Part shown: piece by piece, positions 49,920-59,589 of the stretch
Position numbering within the stretch: the first letter of the stretch is position 1
Layout of the letters: every line of letters begins with the position of its first letter
Assembly: GCA_963816355.1 (NCBI GenBank)
Contig: CAWFKH010000003.1
Location: 256,001-320,000 of the forward strand
Source of the DNA: an uncultured Gemmatimonadales bacterium
GTDB lineage: Bacteria > Gemmatimonadota > Gemmatimonadetes > Longimicrobiales > RSA9
Length of the DNA: 64,000 nucleotides
Reading direction: 5' to 3'
The notes under the pieces: model-generated
What the model was told of the DNA's origin: nothing
The model's database searches: none
Seen by the model: the letters and a program-made list of their open reading frames with translations, nothing else
Translations under genes and position numbers: made by a program

Positions 49920-51869
49920 ATGCGTTTTCGACGCCTCGAACAAAGAGCCCCCTGCTGTGCGACGGCCGCGGCGTCGGCCCTCGCCCTGTGCCTCGCCGCC
50001 GCGCTCGCGGCGTGCGGCCACACCGGTGCCGCCCGCACGCGCGCGGCCCTTGGGCCCGCCGGTGGGCCCGCCGGCGCCGCGCCACCCACCGCGCGCCCCG
50101 GCGGGCCCACGGCACCGGCCGCGGCGCCCGCCCCCGCGCCGGCGCCGGGCGCGCCGCCGCGCGCCGCGCCCGCCGCCGACTGGGTGGACTCCACGCTGCG
50201 CGCGCTGCCGCTGCGCCGGAAGGTCGCCCAGCTCGTCTTCGCGTGGACGAGCGGTGCCTACCTCGCGGAGGGGAGCCCCGAGTACGAGACGCTGAAGCAC
50301 TGGGTGGCCGACGACGGCGTCGGCGGCGTGATCGTCTCCATCGGGCCGCCCTACGAACTCGCCGCCCGGCTCAACCAGCTCCAGCGCCTCGCCGCCGTCC
50401 CGCTCCTCGTCGCGTCCGACATGGAGCACGGGCCCGGACAGCGGCTGAACGGCGCCGTCGTCCTTCCCTACGGCCTCGAGGTGGGCGGCGGCACGGACTT
50501 CCCGCCCGCCATGGGGATCGGCGCGACGGGCGACCCGCGCTACGCGTTCGAGATGGGGCGGATCACCGCCATCGAGGCGCGCGCCGTGGGTGTCCAGATG
50601 GATCTGGCTCCGGTCGCGGACGTGAACAACAATCCGGACAACCCGATCATCAACACGCGCAGCTACGGCGGCGATCCGCAGCGGGTCGCGCGCATGGTCG
50701 CCGCGCACGTGCGCGGGCTGCGCGAGGACGGCATGCTCGCCACGGCCAAGCATTTTCCCGGGCACGGCGACGTGGGGATCGACAGCCATCTCGCGCTGCC
50801 GATCATCACCGCCGGCCGCGCGCGCGTCGACTCCGTCGAACTCGTCCCGTTCCGCGCCGCGATCGCCGCCGGCGTGGACGCCGTGATGAGCGCCCACATC
50901 GCCTTCCCCGCGCTCACCGGCGACACCACGCCCGCCACGCTGTCGCCCCGGCTCCTGCAGGGCCTGCTCGGCCGCGACCTCGGCTTCCACGGCCTCGTCG
51001 TCACGGACGCGATCGACATGGGCGCACTCGTGCGACGCTACGGCGGCGACCGCATTCCGGTCCTCGCGCTGCGCGCCGGCGCGGACATCCTGCTGCAGCC
51101 GCCGGACGTCGGCGCCGCCATCGACGCCGTCGTGGGCGCCGTCGAGCGCGGCGAGCTGACGGAGGCGCGCATCGACTCCTCGGTCGCCAAGATCCTGCGT
51201 GCCAAGCAGCGCCTCGGCCTGCCGCGCGGCGCCGTCGTCGATCTCGACCGCATCGCCGCCCGCGTCGGCACGCCGGACCACCAGGCGCTCGCCGCCCGCG
51301 CCGCCGCCGCCTCGATCACCGCCGCCCGCGACGCAGGGCGCCTCCTGCCGGTGACCGCCGCGCGGCATCCGCTCAGCATCGTCTATACGGATGACCCCGA
51401 TCCGTTCGCCGGCCGCGCCTTCCAGCGCGCGATCGCCGCCCGCTTCCCGACCACGACGACCGTCTCCCTCGACGCCGGCGCTTCCGCCGCCCGGCTGGAC
51501 TCGCTGCGCGTCGCGGCGGCCGCTGCCGACGTCGTCTTCGTCAGCGCGTTCGTGCGCGTGATCGCGCGCAAGGGCGACCTCGCGGTCCCGGAAGGGCTCG
51601 CCGCCCTGATCGCGGACATCGCCGCGCGCCGGCCCACGGTCGTGACGGCGTTCGGGAATCCGTACATCATCCGCCAGTTCCCGCGCGTGGGCACCTACGT
51701 CCTCGCCTGGGGCCAGACCGCCGTCGTGCAGGCCGCGGCCGCCCGCGCCATCACGGGCCAGGCGCCGATCACCGGTCGCCTGCCGATCTCCATCCCTCCA
51801 CTGCTGCGGATCGGGGACGGCATCGACGTCCCCGCGGCCGCCGCCGCCGCCACCGGTGGGACCCGATGA
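49920..51869 (+). CDS. nagZ: GH3 beta-N-acetylglucosaminidase (two-domain NagZ), lipoprotein
   Basis: D.E.G, APVADVN.NP.NP.IN.RSYG, KHFPGHGD...DSH catalytic motif, VTDA.DM. Confidence 0.9.
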   Translation: MRFRRLEQRAPCCATAAASALALCLAAALAACGHTGAARTRAALGPAGGPAGAAPPTARPGGPTAPAAAPAPAPAPGAPPRAAPAADWVDSTLRALPLRRKVAQLVFAWTSGAYLAEGSPEYETLKHWVADDGVGGVIVSIGPPYELAARLNQLQRLAAVPLLVASDMEHGPGQRLNGAVVLPYGLEVGGGTDFPPAMGIGATGDPRYAFEMGRITAIEARAVGVQMDLAPVADVNNNPDNPIINTRSYGGDPQRVARMVAAHVRGLREDGMLATAKHFPGHGDVGIDSHLALPIITAGRARVDSVELVPFRAAIAAGVDAVMSAHIAFPALTGDTTPATLSPRLLQGLLGRDLGFHGLVVTDAIDMGALVRRYGGDRIPVLALRAGADILLQPPDVGAAIDAVVGAVERGELTEARIDSSVAKILRAKQRLGLPRGAVVDLDRIAARVGTPDHQALAARAAAASITAARDAGRLLPVTAARHPLSIVYTDDPDPFAGRAFQRAIAARFPTTTTVSLDAGASAARLDSLRVAAAAADVVFVSAFVRVIARKGDLAVPEGLAALIADIAARRPTVVTAFGNPYIIRQFPRVGTYVLAWGQTAVVQAAAARAITGQAPITGRLPISIPPLLRIGDGIDVPAAAAAATGGTR

Positions 51870-53236
51870 GCCGCGCGCCGCTCCACCTCCGAGCCGCCGC
51901 CCTCGCGTCCCTCGCCGCGCTCGCCGCGGGCGGCTGCGTGCTGCTGCCGCAGCGCCGCCCCGCGCCTGCCGGGCCCCCGGAGGAGAGCCGCGTCGTCGTT
52001 CCGCCACCGCCCCCGTACGCGCCGATGCCCGACCTCGCCTCTTCTCCCGCGCCGGACCTGCCACGCGCCGCCGATCCCGCGGCCGTCGGCATGGATCGCG
52101 ACCGCCTGCTTCAGCTCGACTCGCTGATCGAGGCGGGGGTCGTCGACGGCGTCGCGCCCGGCGTGGCCCTCGCCGTCGCCCGCCACGGCCGCCTCGTTCG
52201 ACTGCGCGGCTACGGCCAACTCGATTGGAGCGACCCGCGGCCGGTCGACGACTCGACCCTCTACGACCTCGCCTCCCTGACGAAGGTGGTCGCCACCACC
52301 ACCGCGGCGATGATCCTGGTGGACGAGGGGCGCCTCGACCTCGACGCGCTGCTCGCCCGCTACCTCGCCGAGTGGAAGCCGGACGGGGCGAAGGCGGGCG
52401 TCACGGTGCGTCAGCTCCTCACCCACTCGGCGGGGCTGCCACCCTACCTGCCGCTGTGGCGCGAGCTGCAGGGAAGGGAGGCGTACTACCACCGCATCGG
52501 CGCGCTCGACCTCGACTACGCGCCCGGCACCCGCACCGTCTACAGCGACCTCGGCATGATCCTGCTGCAGGCGGTGATCGAGCGGATCACCGGCGAGCCG
52601 ATCGAACGCTTCGTCGAGCGCCGCGTCTTCCGTCCGCTCGGCATGAGGGACACGCGCTACAGCCCGCTCCAGACGCTTGACGAGAGCGAGGATGGGTCCG
52701 CGACGGACGCCGCGCCCGTCGACCTCGACGCGCTCCTCGGCCGCATCGCGCCCACCGAGCGCGACTCGACCGGCGTCCTGATCCGCGGCTACGTCGACGA
52801 CGAGAACGCCCGCGCCATGGGCGGCGTCGCCGGCCACGCCGGCCTCTTCTCCTCCGCCCGCGACCTCGCCGTCTTCTCGCAGATGCTGCTCGGCGGCGGC
52901 GCCTACGCCGGCCACCGCATCGTCTCCGACAGCGTCGTCCGCCGCTTCACGCGCCGCCAGTCCGCCGCCTCCAGCCGTGCGCTCGGCTGGGACACGCCCG
53001 GCGAGAACTCCAGCGCGGGCGACTACTTCTCGGCCCGTTCCTTCGGCCACACCGGCTTCACCGGCACGAGCCTCTGGATCGACCCGGCGCGCGACCTCTT
53101 CGTCGTGCTGCTCACGAACCGCATCGACCCCACCCGCGACAACCAGAAGCACGTCGCCTTCCGCCGCGCCGTCCACGACGCCATCGCCCGGGCGATCACC
53201 GACGGCGACGTCGCCCGCCGCTCCGGCACGCGATGA
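51866..53236 (+). CDS. Beta-lactamase-family serine hydrolase (AmiE-like amidase), lipoprotein
   Basis: ASLTK (SxxK), LLTH.AGL, YSD, GGVAGHAGLFS, FGHTGFTGTS.WIDP; follows nagZ. Confidence 0.85.
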   Translation: MSRAPLHLRAAALASLAALAAGGCVLLPQRRPAPAGPPEESRVVVPPPPPYAPMPDLASSPAPDLPRAADPAAVGMDRDRLLQLDSLIEAGVVDGVAPGVALAVARHGRLVRLRGYGQLDWSDPRPVDDSTLYDLASLTKVVATTTAAMILVDEGRLDLDALLARYLAEWKPDGAKAGVTVRQLLTHSAGLPPYLPLWRELQGREAYYHRIGALDLDYAPGTRTVYSDLGMILLQAVIERITGEPIERFVERRVFRPLGMRDTRYSPLQTLDESEDGSATDAAPVDLDALLGRIAPTERDSTGVLIRGYVDDENARAMGGVAGHAGLFSSARDLAVFSQMLLGGGAYAGHRIVSDSVVRRFTRRQSAASSRALGWDTPGENSSAGDYFSARSFGHTGFTGTSLWIDPARDLFVVLLTNRIDPTRDNQKHVAFRRAVHDAIARAITDGDVARRSGTR

Positions 53237-55119
53237 TCCTCGCTCCCATCGACTGGGTCATCATTGCCGCCTACTTCGTCCTCTCGGCGGCGATCGGCCT
53301 CGCCTTCGCCCGCCGCGCCGGCGAGAGCGTCTCCGAGTTCTTCGTCTCCGGCCGCTCGCTCCCCTGGTGGCTCGCCGGCACCTCGATGGTCGCCACCACC
53401 TTCGCCGCCGACACCCCGCTCGCCGTGACCGGCATGGTCGCCGCCAACGGCGTCGCCGGGAACTGGCTCTGGTGGAGCATGGTGATGAGCGGCATCCTCA
53501 CCGTCTTCTTCTACGCCCGCCTCTGGCGCCGCGCCGAAGTCCTCACCGACGTCGAGTTCACCGAGGTCCGCTACAGCGGCCGCCCCGCCGCCGCGCTGCG
53601 CGCCTTCCGCGCCCTCTACATGGCGCTGCCGGTCAACCTCATCGTCATGGGATGGGTCAACCTCGCCATGGTGAAGATCCTCGACGTCACCCTCGGCGTC
53701 AGGCCCGCCGCCGCGCTCGCCATCATGTTCGTCGTCACCATGACCTACGCCAGCCTCTCCGGCCTCTGGGGCGTCGTCGTCACCGACTTCGTCCAGTTCG
53801 GCATCGGCATGGCCGGCTCCGTGCTCCTCGCCGTCTACGCGCTCCGCGCGACCGGCGGCATCGACGGCCTCGTCGCGCGCCTGCCCGAGCACTACGGCTC
53901 CGCCGACGCCGCGCTCGCCTTCCTCCCCGCGACCGGCGCCGCCTGGATGCCGATCACCGCCTTCCTCGCCTACCTCTCCGTCCAGTGGTGGGCCACCTCG
54001 TACCCCGGCTCCGAACCCGGCGGCGGCGGCTACATCGCGCAGCGCATCTTCTCCGCGCGCACCGAGCGCGACGGCGTCCTCGCCACGCTCTGGTTCAACA
54101 TCGCCCACTACGCGGTGCGGCCGTGGCCGTGGATCCTCACCGCGCTCTCCGCCGTCGTCCTCTACCCGGACATCGTCGCGCGCGACCCTGGACGCGGCTA
54201 CGTCACCGCCGTCGTGCGACTGCTGCCGCACGGCCTCGCCGGCCTCATGCTCGCCGCCTTCGCCGCCGCCTACATGTCGACCATCTCGACCCAGCTCAAC
54301 TGGGGCGCCTCCTACCTCGTCAACGACCTCTGGCTGCGCTTCGTCGAGCCCGACGCGCCCGCCCGCAAGCTCGTCCGCCTCTCCCGCCTCGCCACCGTCG
54401 TCATCTTCCTGCTCTCGGCGGGCGTCACCGTCATCCTGGATCGCGTGGGCGACATCGCCGGCGCGTGGCGCATCCTCATCGCGCTCGGCGCCGGCACCGG
54501 CCTCGTCTACATCCTGCGCTGGTACTGGTGGCGCGTGAACGCGTGGTCCGAGATCGCCGCCATGAGCGCCGCGCTCCTCACCTTCGCGGCCCTCACCGGC
54601 CTCCGCGTCTTCGATCCGACCGACCCGCTCGAGGGCGCCTACCTCATGCTGGCGACGACGCTCGTCACCACCGTCGTGTGGCTCGCCGTCACGTGGCTCA
54701 CGCCGCCCACCGACGAGCCCACCCTGCTCGCCTTCTATCGCCGCGTGCGCCCCGGCGGCCCCGGCTGGCGCCGCATCGCGATCGCCGCCGGCTACGGGCC
54801 GGAACCGATCCCCGGCGGCGCGTTGAGCTGGATGAACTGGATCGCCGGCGTCGTCAGCGTCTACGCCACCCTCTTCGGCGTCGGCCGCCTCCTCTTCGGA
54901 CCGCGGCCGCTCGCCCTCGCCTACTTCGCCGTCGCCGCCGTGGCGTTCGGCTGGATCGGCTTCAGCCTGCGCCGCGAGGACTGGACGCCCGGCCGTGGCC
55001 CGCTCGCTGCAGGCTCCGCGGGCGACGATGCGGCCGCCGCGCCGGCGCGCCCCGGGCCGCCGACGTCGCCTTCCGCATCGTCGCCGGATTCGCCCGCGGC
55101 CCCCGCGCCGCGCGGCTGA
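53233..55119 (+). CDS. Sodium:solute symporter family protein
   Basis: FFVSGRSLPWW..G.SMVATTFAADTP, SGLWGVV.TD..Q, AAYMST.STQLN. Confidence 0.9.
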   Translation: MILAPIDWVIIAAYFVLSAAIGLAFARRAGESVSEFFVSGRSLPWWLAGTSMVATTFAADTPLAVTGMVAANGVAGNWLWWSMVMSGILTVFFYARLWRRAEVLTDVEFTEVRYSGRPAAALRAFRALYMALPVNLIVMGWVNLAMVKILDVTLGVRPAAALAIMFVVTMTYASLSGLWGVVVTDFVQFGIGMAGSVLLAVYALRATGGIDGLVARLPEHYGSADAALAFLPATGAAWMPITAFLAYLSVQWWATSYPGSEPGGGGYIAQRIFSARTERDGVLATLWFNIAHYAVRPWPWILTALSAVVLYPDIVARDPGRGYVTAVVRLLPHGLAGLMLAAFAAAYMSTISTQLNWGASYLVNDLWLRFVEPDAPARKLVRLSRLATVVIFLLSAGVTVILDRVGDIAGAWRILIALGAGTGLVYILRWYWWRVNAWSEIAAMSAALLTFAALTGLRVFDPTDPLEGAYLMLATTLVTTVVWLAVTWLTPPTDEPTLLAFYRRVRPGGPGWRRIAIAAGYGPEPIPGGALSWMNWIAGVVSVYATLFGVGRLLFGPRPLALAYFAVAAVAFGWIGFSLRREDWTPGRGPLAAGSAGDDAAAAPARPGPPTSPSASSPDSPAAPAPRG

Positions 55120-55147
55120 GCGACGACCCCCGCGGAGGGACGCGAGC

Positions 55148-57043
55148 ATGGCCGAGAACCCCGAAGAACGGATCTCCGTCGAGATCGTCGAGGAGTACGA
55201 CACGATCGCGCGGGGCATCGCGGCGCGCATCGCGACGCTGGTGCGCGAGCGCGCCGCGCGCGGCGAGGCGGCCGTCCTCGGGCTCGCCACCGGATCGACG
55301 CCGATCGGCATCTACCGCGAGCTGATCCGCCTGCACCGCGAGGAGGGCCTCTCCCTCGCCAACGTCGTCACCTTCAACCTCGACGAGTACTACCCGATGG
55401 ACCCGGGCAGCATCCACAGCTACCACCGGTTCATGCGGGAGAACTTCTTCGACCACGTCGACGTCCCGCCGGAGAGCGTCCACATCCCGCGCGGCGACGT
55501 GCCGCGCGCGGACGTCGAGCGCCACTGCCGCGACTACGAGGCCACGATCCGCGACGCGGGTGGCATCGACTTACAGATCCTCGGCATCGGACAGACCGGC
55601 CACATCGGCTTCAACGAGCCCGGCTCCGGCGTCGAGTCCCGCACCCGCCTCGTCGCGCTCGACACGATCACCCGCCGCACCGCCGCCTCCGACTTCTTCG
55701 GCGAGGAGAACGTCCCGCACGAAGCGATCACCATGGGCGTCGCCACGATCCTCGACGCGCGCGAGATCGCGCTCGTCGCGACCGGCGAGCACAAGGCGAT
55801 GATCGTCCGGCGCGCCGTCGAGGGCGACGTCTCGCCCGACGTCGCCGCCACCTACCTGCAGCGCCACCCGCGCGCCACCGTCCACCTGGACGCCGCCGCC
55901 GCCGCCGACCTCACGCGCATCCGCACGCCGTGGCTCGCCGGCGAGGTCGAGTGGACGCGCGAGCTCGAAGTGCGCGCCCTCATCTGGCTCAGCGGCCGCA
56001 CCGAGAAGTCGCTGCTCCACCTCGACGACCGCGACTACCGCGACCACCACCTCGGCTCGCTCCTCGTCCGCCACGGCTCCGCCGGCCCGCTCAACGGCGA
56101 CGTCTTCAACACACTCATCGCGAAGATCTGCGGCCGCAGCAAACTCCCGCGCGGACGCCGCATCGTGCTCTTTTCGCCGCACCCGGACGACGACGTCATC
56201 TCCGCCGGCGGCCTGCTCAACAAGCTGCATCAGAACGGCAACGACATCGTCGTCGCCTACCAGACCTCCGGCAACATCGCGGTCTTCGACCACGAGGTGC
56301 GCCGCTACCTCGACTTCGTCCGCCGCATCGCGCGCGACTTCGACGTGGACCGCGCGCGGCTCGATGGCCTCGCCGACGACGTCGAGGCGTTCCTCGCCTC
56401 CAAACGACCCGGCGAGGTGGACACCGAGGCCGTGCTGCAGATCAAGCGTCGCATCCGCGAGTCGGAGGCGGTCTCCGGCATCGAGACCTTCGGCATGGCG
56501 CGCGAGCAGGCGTGCTTCCTCGACCTGCCGTTCTACCGCACCGGCGAGGTACGCAAGGATCCGGTCGGACCGGAGGACGTCGAGATCGTGCTGCGCCTGC
56601 TCCACGAGCGCCGCCCCGAGCACGTGCTCGTGGCGGGCGACCTCTCCGATCCGCACGGCACGCACCGCATGTGCAAGGAGGCGGTCGAGACCGCCCTCGC
56701 CCGCTACGACGCCGAGCCGCCGCAGGTCTGGTACTATCGCGGCGCGTGGCAGGAGTGGCCGGTCTCCGAGGCGGACGTCCTCGTCCCGATGAGCCGCGAC
56801 GAGCTGCGCCTCAAGATCCTCGCCATCTTCAAGCACCAGAGCCAGAAGGACCGCGCCCCGTTCCCCGGCCTCGACGACCGCGAGTTCTGGCAGCGCGTCG
56901 AGGAGCGCAACCGCGGCACCGCGCGCGTCCTCGACCGCCTCGGACTGCCCGAGTACTACGCGATGGAGGCCTACGTCGTGCGCCACGCCGGCCTTCCGCT
57001 CGAGGCCGCCGCCGTGCCCACGGCCAGCCTCGGCCGCGCCTGA
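55148..57043 (+). CDS. nagB: Glucosamine-6-phosphate deaminase fused to a PIG-L/LmbE-like domain (NagB-II type)
   Basis: LGLATGSTP, FNLDEY, GIG..GHIGFNEPGS, ITMG; C-terminal FSPHPDDD, DPHGTH, HQSQ. Confidence 0.92.
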   Translation: MAENPEERISVEIVEEYDTIARGIAARIATLVRERAARGEAAVLGLATGSTPIGIYRELIRLHREEGLSLANVVTFNLDEYYPMDPGSIHSYHRFMRENFFDHVDVPPESVHIPRGDVPRADVERHCRDYEATIRDAGGIDLQILGIGQTGHIGFNEPGSGVESRTRLVALDTITRRTAASDFFGEENVPHEAITMGVATILDAREIALVATGEHKAMIVRRAVEGDVSPDVAATYLQRHPRATVHLDAAAAADLTRIRTPWLAGEVEWTRELEVRALIWLSGRTEKSLLHLDDRDYRDHHLGSLLVRHGSAGPLNGDVFNTLIAKICGRSKLPRGRRIVLFSPHPDDDVISAGGLLNKLHQNGNDIVVAYQTSGNIAVFDHEVRRYLDFVRRIARDFDVDRARLDGLADDVEAFLASKRPGEVDTEAVLQIKRRIRESEAVSGIETFGMAREQACFLDLPFYRTGEVRKDPVGPEDVEIVLRLLHERRPEHVLVAGDLSDPHGTHRMCKEAVETALARYDAEPPQVWYYRGAWQEWPVSEADVLVPMSRDELRLKILAIFKHQSQKDRAPFPGLDDREFWQRVEERNRGTARVLDRLGLPEYYAMEAYVVRHAGLPLEAAAVPTASLGRA

Positions 57044-57046
57044 GCC

Positions 57047-58579
57047 GTGGCCGACTTCAGCACGCTCGACGCCGTCGTCCTCGTCGCCTATCTCGCCGGC
57101 GTCACGGCGCTCGGCATCCACCTCGGCCGGCGCCAGAAGGACGCCCGCGACTACTTCCTCGCCGACCGCTCCGTGCCGTGGTGGGCGATCTGCTTCTCCG
57201 TCGTCGCCACCGAGACGAGCGCGCTCACCGTCATCAGCGTCCCCGGCACCGCCTACACCTCCGACTTCTGGCTGCTGCAGCTCACCTTCGGCTATCTGCT
57301 CGGCCGCATCGTCGTCGCCGCGCTGCTCCTGCCGCGCTACTTCGCCGGTGAGCTGACCACCGCCTACGCGCTGCTCGAGACCCGCTTCGGCCTCGCCACG
57401 CGCCGCTTCGCCTCCGTCATCTTCATGGTCACGCGCGCGCTCGCCGACTCCGTCCGCGTCTTCGCCGCCGCGATCCCCGTCACGCTCATCACAGGGCTCC
57501 CGTACTGGCAGGCGATCCTGCTGACCGGCGTCGTCACCGTCCTCTACACGTACGTCGGCGGCCTGCGCGCCGTCATCTGGGTCGACGTCGTGCAGATGGC
57601 GATCTACACGCTCGGCGGGCTGCTGGCCCTCTCGATCCTGCTGCGCGCCGTGCCCGGCGGCTGGAGCGGCATCCTCCAGAGCGCCGGCGTCGCGGGCAAG
57701 CTGCGCGTCGTCCACCTGCGAGGCGGCTTCGCCGACGCAACGTGGCTGTGGACCGGCGTCGTCGGCGGCGCCTTCCTCTCCATGGCCTCGCACGGCGTCG
57801 ACCACCTCATCGTGCAGCGCATCCTCGCCGCCCGCTCCCTGCGCGACGCGCGCCGCGCCATGATCGGCAGCGGCATCCTCGTCATCGGCCAGTTCGCGCT
57901 CTTCCTCGCCGTCGGCGCCGGCCTCTTCGCCTTCTATCGCGGCCGCGCCTTCGCCGTCCCCGACGAGGTCTTCCCGCGCTTCATCGTCGAGCAGCTGCCC
58001 CCGGGACTCGCCGGCCTCGTCGTCGCCGGCATCCTCGCGGCCGCCATGTCCACCGTCGCCTCCTCGCTCAACTCGCTCGCGTCCGCCACCACGCACGACC
58101 TCTACGCCCCGATCGCCCGCCGCGTCGGCGACGACGCCCACCTCTTCCGCGTCGGCCGCCGCTTCACCCTCGCCTGGGCCGCCGTCCTCATCGGCGGCGC
58201 CATCCTCTTCCACTTCGTCGAACAGGGCACACCGGTGGTCGTCGTGGCGCTGCAGATCGCTTCCTTCACCTACGGCGGCCTCCTCGGCGGCTTCTTCCTC
58301 GCCGTCCTCGTCCCCTCCGCCCGCCAGCGCGACGCGATCCTCGGCATGGGCACGGCCATCCTCGCCATGGCCGCCCTGTGGGGCGCGCAGCAGTTCGGCC
58401 TCATGCCGCCGCTCGTCAACACGCTCTGGTTCTCGCTCCTCGGCTCGCTGCTCACGCTCGTCGTCGGGACGACGTCCGCGCGGCTGCGCCCGCCGCCGCC
58501 GGCCGACTCCCTCGCCCCGGCGGCCGACTCCCTCGCGCCGCCGGCCGGCTCCCTCGCGCCGCCGCCGTCCGCCCCGTGA
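57047..58579 (+). CDS. Sodium:solute symporter family protein
   Basis: DYFLA.R.VPWW....S.VATETS, GGLRAVIW.D..Q, AAAMST..SSLN; 21-nt repeats at the C-terminus. Confidence 0.9.
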   Translation: MADFSTLDAVVLVAYLAGVTALGIHLGRRQKDARDYFLADRSVPWWAICFSVVATETSALTVISVPGTAYTSDFWLLQLTFGYLLGRIVVAALLLPRYFAGELTTAYALLETRFGLATRRFASVIFMVTRALADSVRVFAAAIPVTLITGLPYWQAILLTGVVTVLYTYVGGLRAVIWVDVVQMAIYTLGGLLALSILLRAVPGGWSGILQSAGVAGKLRVVHLRGGFADATWLWTGVVGGAFLSMASHGVDHLIVQRILAARSLRDARRAMIGSGILVIGQFALFLAVGAGLFAFYRGRAFAVPDEVFPRFIVEQLPPGLAGLVVAGILAAAMSTVASSLNSLASATTHDLYAPIARRVGDDAHLFRVGRRFTLAWAAVLIGGAILFHFVEQGTPVVVVALQIASFTYGGLLGGFFLAVLVPSARQRDAILGMGTAILAMAALWGAQQFGLMPPLVNTLWFSLLGSLLTLVVGTTSARLRPPPPADSLAPAADSLAPPAGSLAPPPSAP

Positions 58580-59517
58580 GCGACCGCCTTTTCGTCGGCA
58601 TCGACGGCGGCGGCACGCGCAGCACCGCCGTCGCCCTCGACTCGCGGGGCCGCGAGCGGGCGCGCCTCGCCGGTGGGCCCGCGCTCGTGCGCAGCGGCGA
58701 GCCCACCGCCGGGGCGGAGCGCCTCGCGCGCCTGTGCGCCGACGTCGTGCGCGCCGCGGGCGGCACGCCGCCGATCGCCGCGCTCTGTTGCGCCCTCGCC
58801 GGCGCCGGCCGCCACGCAGAGCGGGCCGCGCTCCGCGACGCCCTGCGCGACGCCGGCTGCGCGCGCGTCGTGCGCGTCACCGGTGACGGCGAGGCGGCGC
58901 TGCGCGACGCCTTCGGCGCGGGCGCCGGCGTGCTCGTCGTCGCCGGCACCGGCTCGATCGCGTGCGGCCGCAACGCGGAAGGGGACGTGCAGCGCTGCGG
59001 CGGCTGGGGCGCGCTCCTCGGCGACGAGGGGAGCGCCTACGCGATCGGCGTCGCGGCTCTGCGCGCGGTCGTGCGCGCCGCGGACGGCCGCGGCGAGCCG
59101 ACGCTGCTGACCGCCGCGATCGCTGCCGCGGCCGGCGTCCCCGTTCCCGACGGCCTCGTCGCCTGGGCGGACGCCGCGACGAAGGCGGAGATCGCCGCGC
59201 TCGCGCCCCGGGTCACCGGCGCGGCCGAACAGAGGGACGCCGTCGCCGGCGCGATTCTCGATGCCGCCGCCGCCGCGCTGGCGGACCACGTGCCGCCGCT
59301 CGTCGAGCGCCTCGGGCTCGGCGCCGGGGGCGCGCGGGTCGACGTGGCCTTCGCGGGCGGCGCGCTCCGCGTCGGCTCGCCGCTCCGCCGCCGCCTCGCC
59401 GCCACGCTGCGTCGCGCCGACCCTCGGCTCCGGCTCCTCGCGCGCGCGCCCGACGCGGCGATCGGCGCCGCCCGCCTCGCTCGCGACGCCGCCGGTCCGC
59501 ACGCCGGGACGGATTGA
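58576..59517 (+). CDS. BadF/BadG-type amino-sugar kinase (GlcNAc/MurNAc kinase, MurK-like)
   Basis: GIDGGGT, AGAG, AGTGS, GGWG.LLGDEGS. Confidence 0.85.
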   Translation: MSDRLFVGIDGGGTRSTAVALDSRGRERARLAGGPALVRSGEPTAGAERLARLCADVVRAAGGTPPIAALCCALAGAGRHAERAALRDALRDAGCARVVRVTGDGEAALRDAFGAGAGVLVVAGTGSIACGRNAEGDVQRCGGWGALLGDEGSAYAIGVAALRAVVRAADGRGEPTLLTAAIAAAAGVPVPDGLVAWADAATKAEIAALAPRVTGAAEQRDAVAGAILDAAAAALADHVPPLVERLGLGAGGARVDVAFAGGALRVGSPLRRRLAATLRRADPRLRLLARAPDAAIGAARLARDAAGPHAGTD

Positions 59518-59589
59518 CGCCGGCAGACCTTGACCGATCGCGCCACGCGCCGGCATTCTCCCCCCTTTCCATTCCTGCCCCGAGGAGAG

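Noticed and set aside
51866..53236. True beta-lactamase controlled by the BlaI regulator
   Set aside because: Its context (after nagZ) and motifs fit an AmiE-like amidase, and it lies ~19 kb from blaI with no operator seen.
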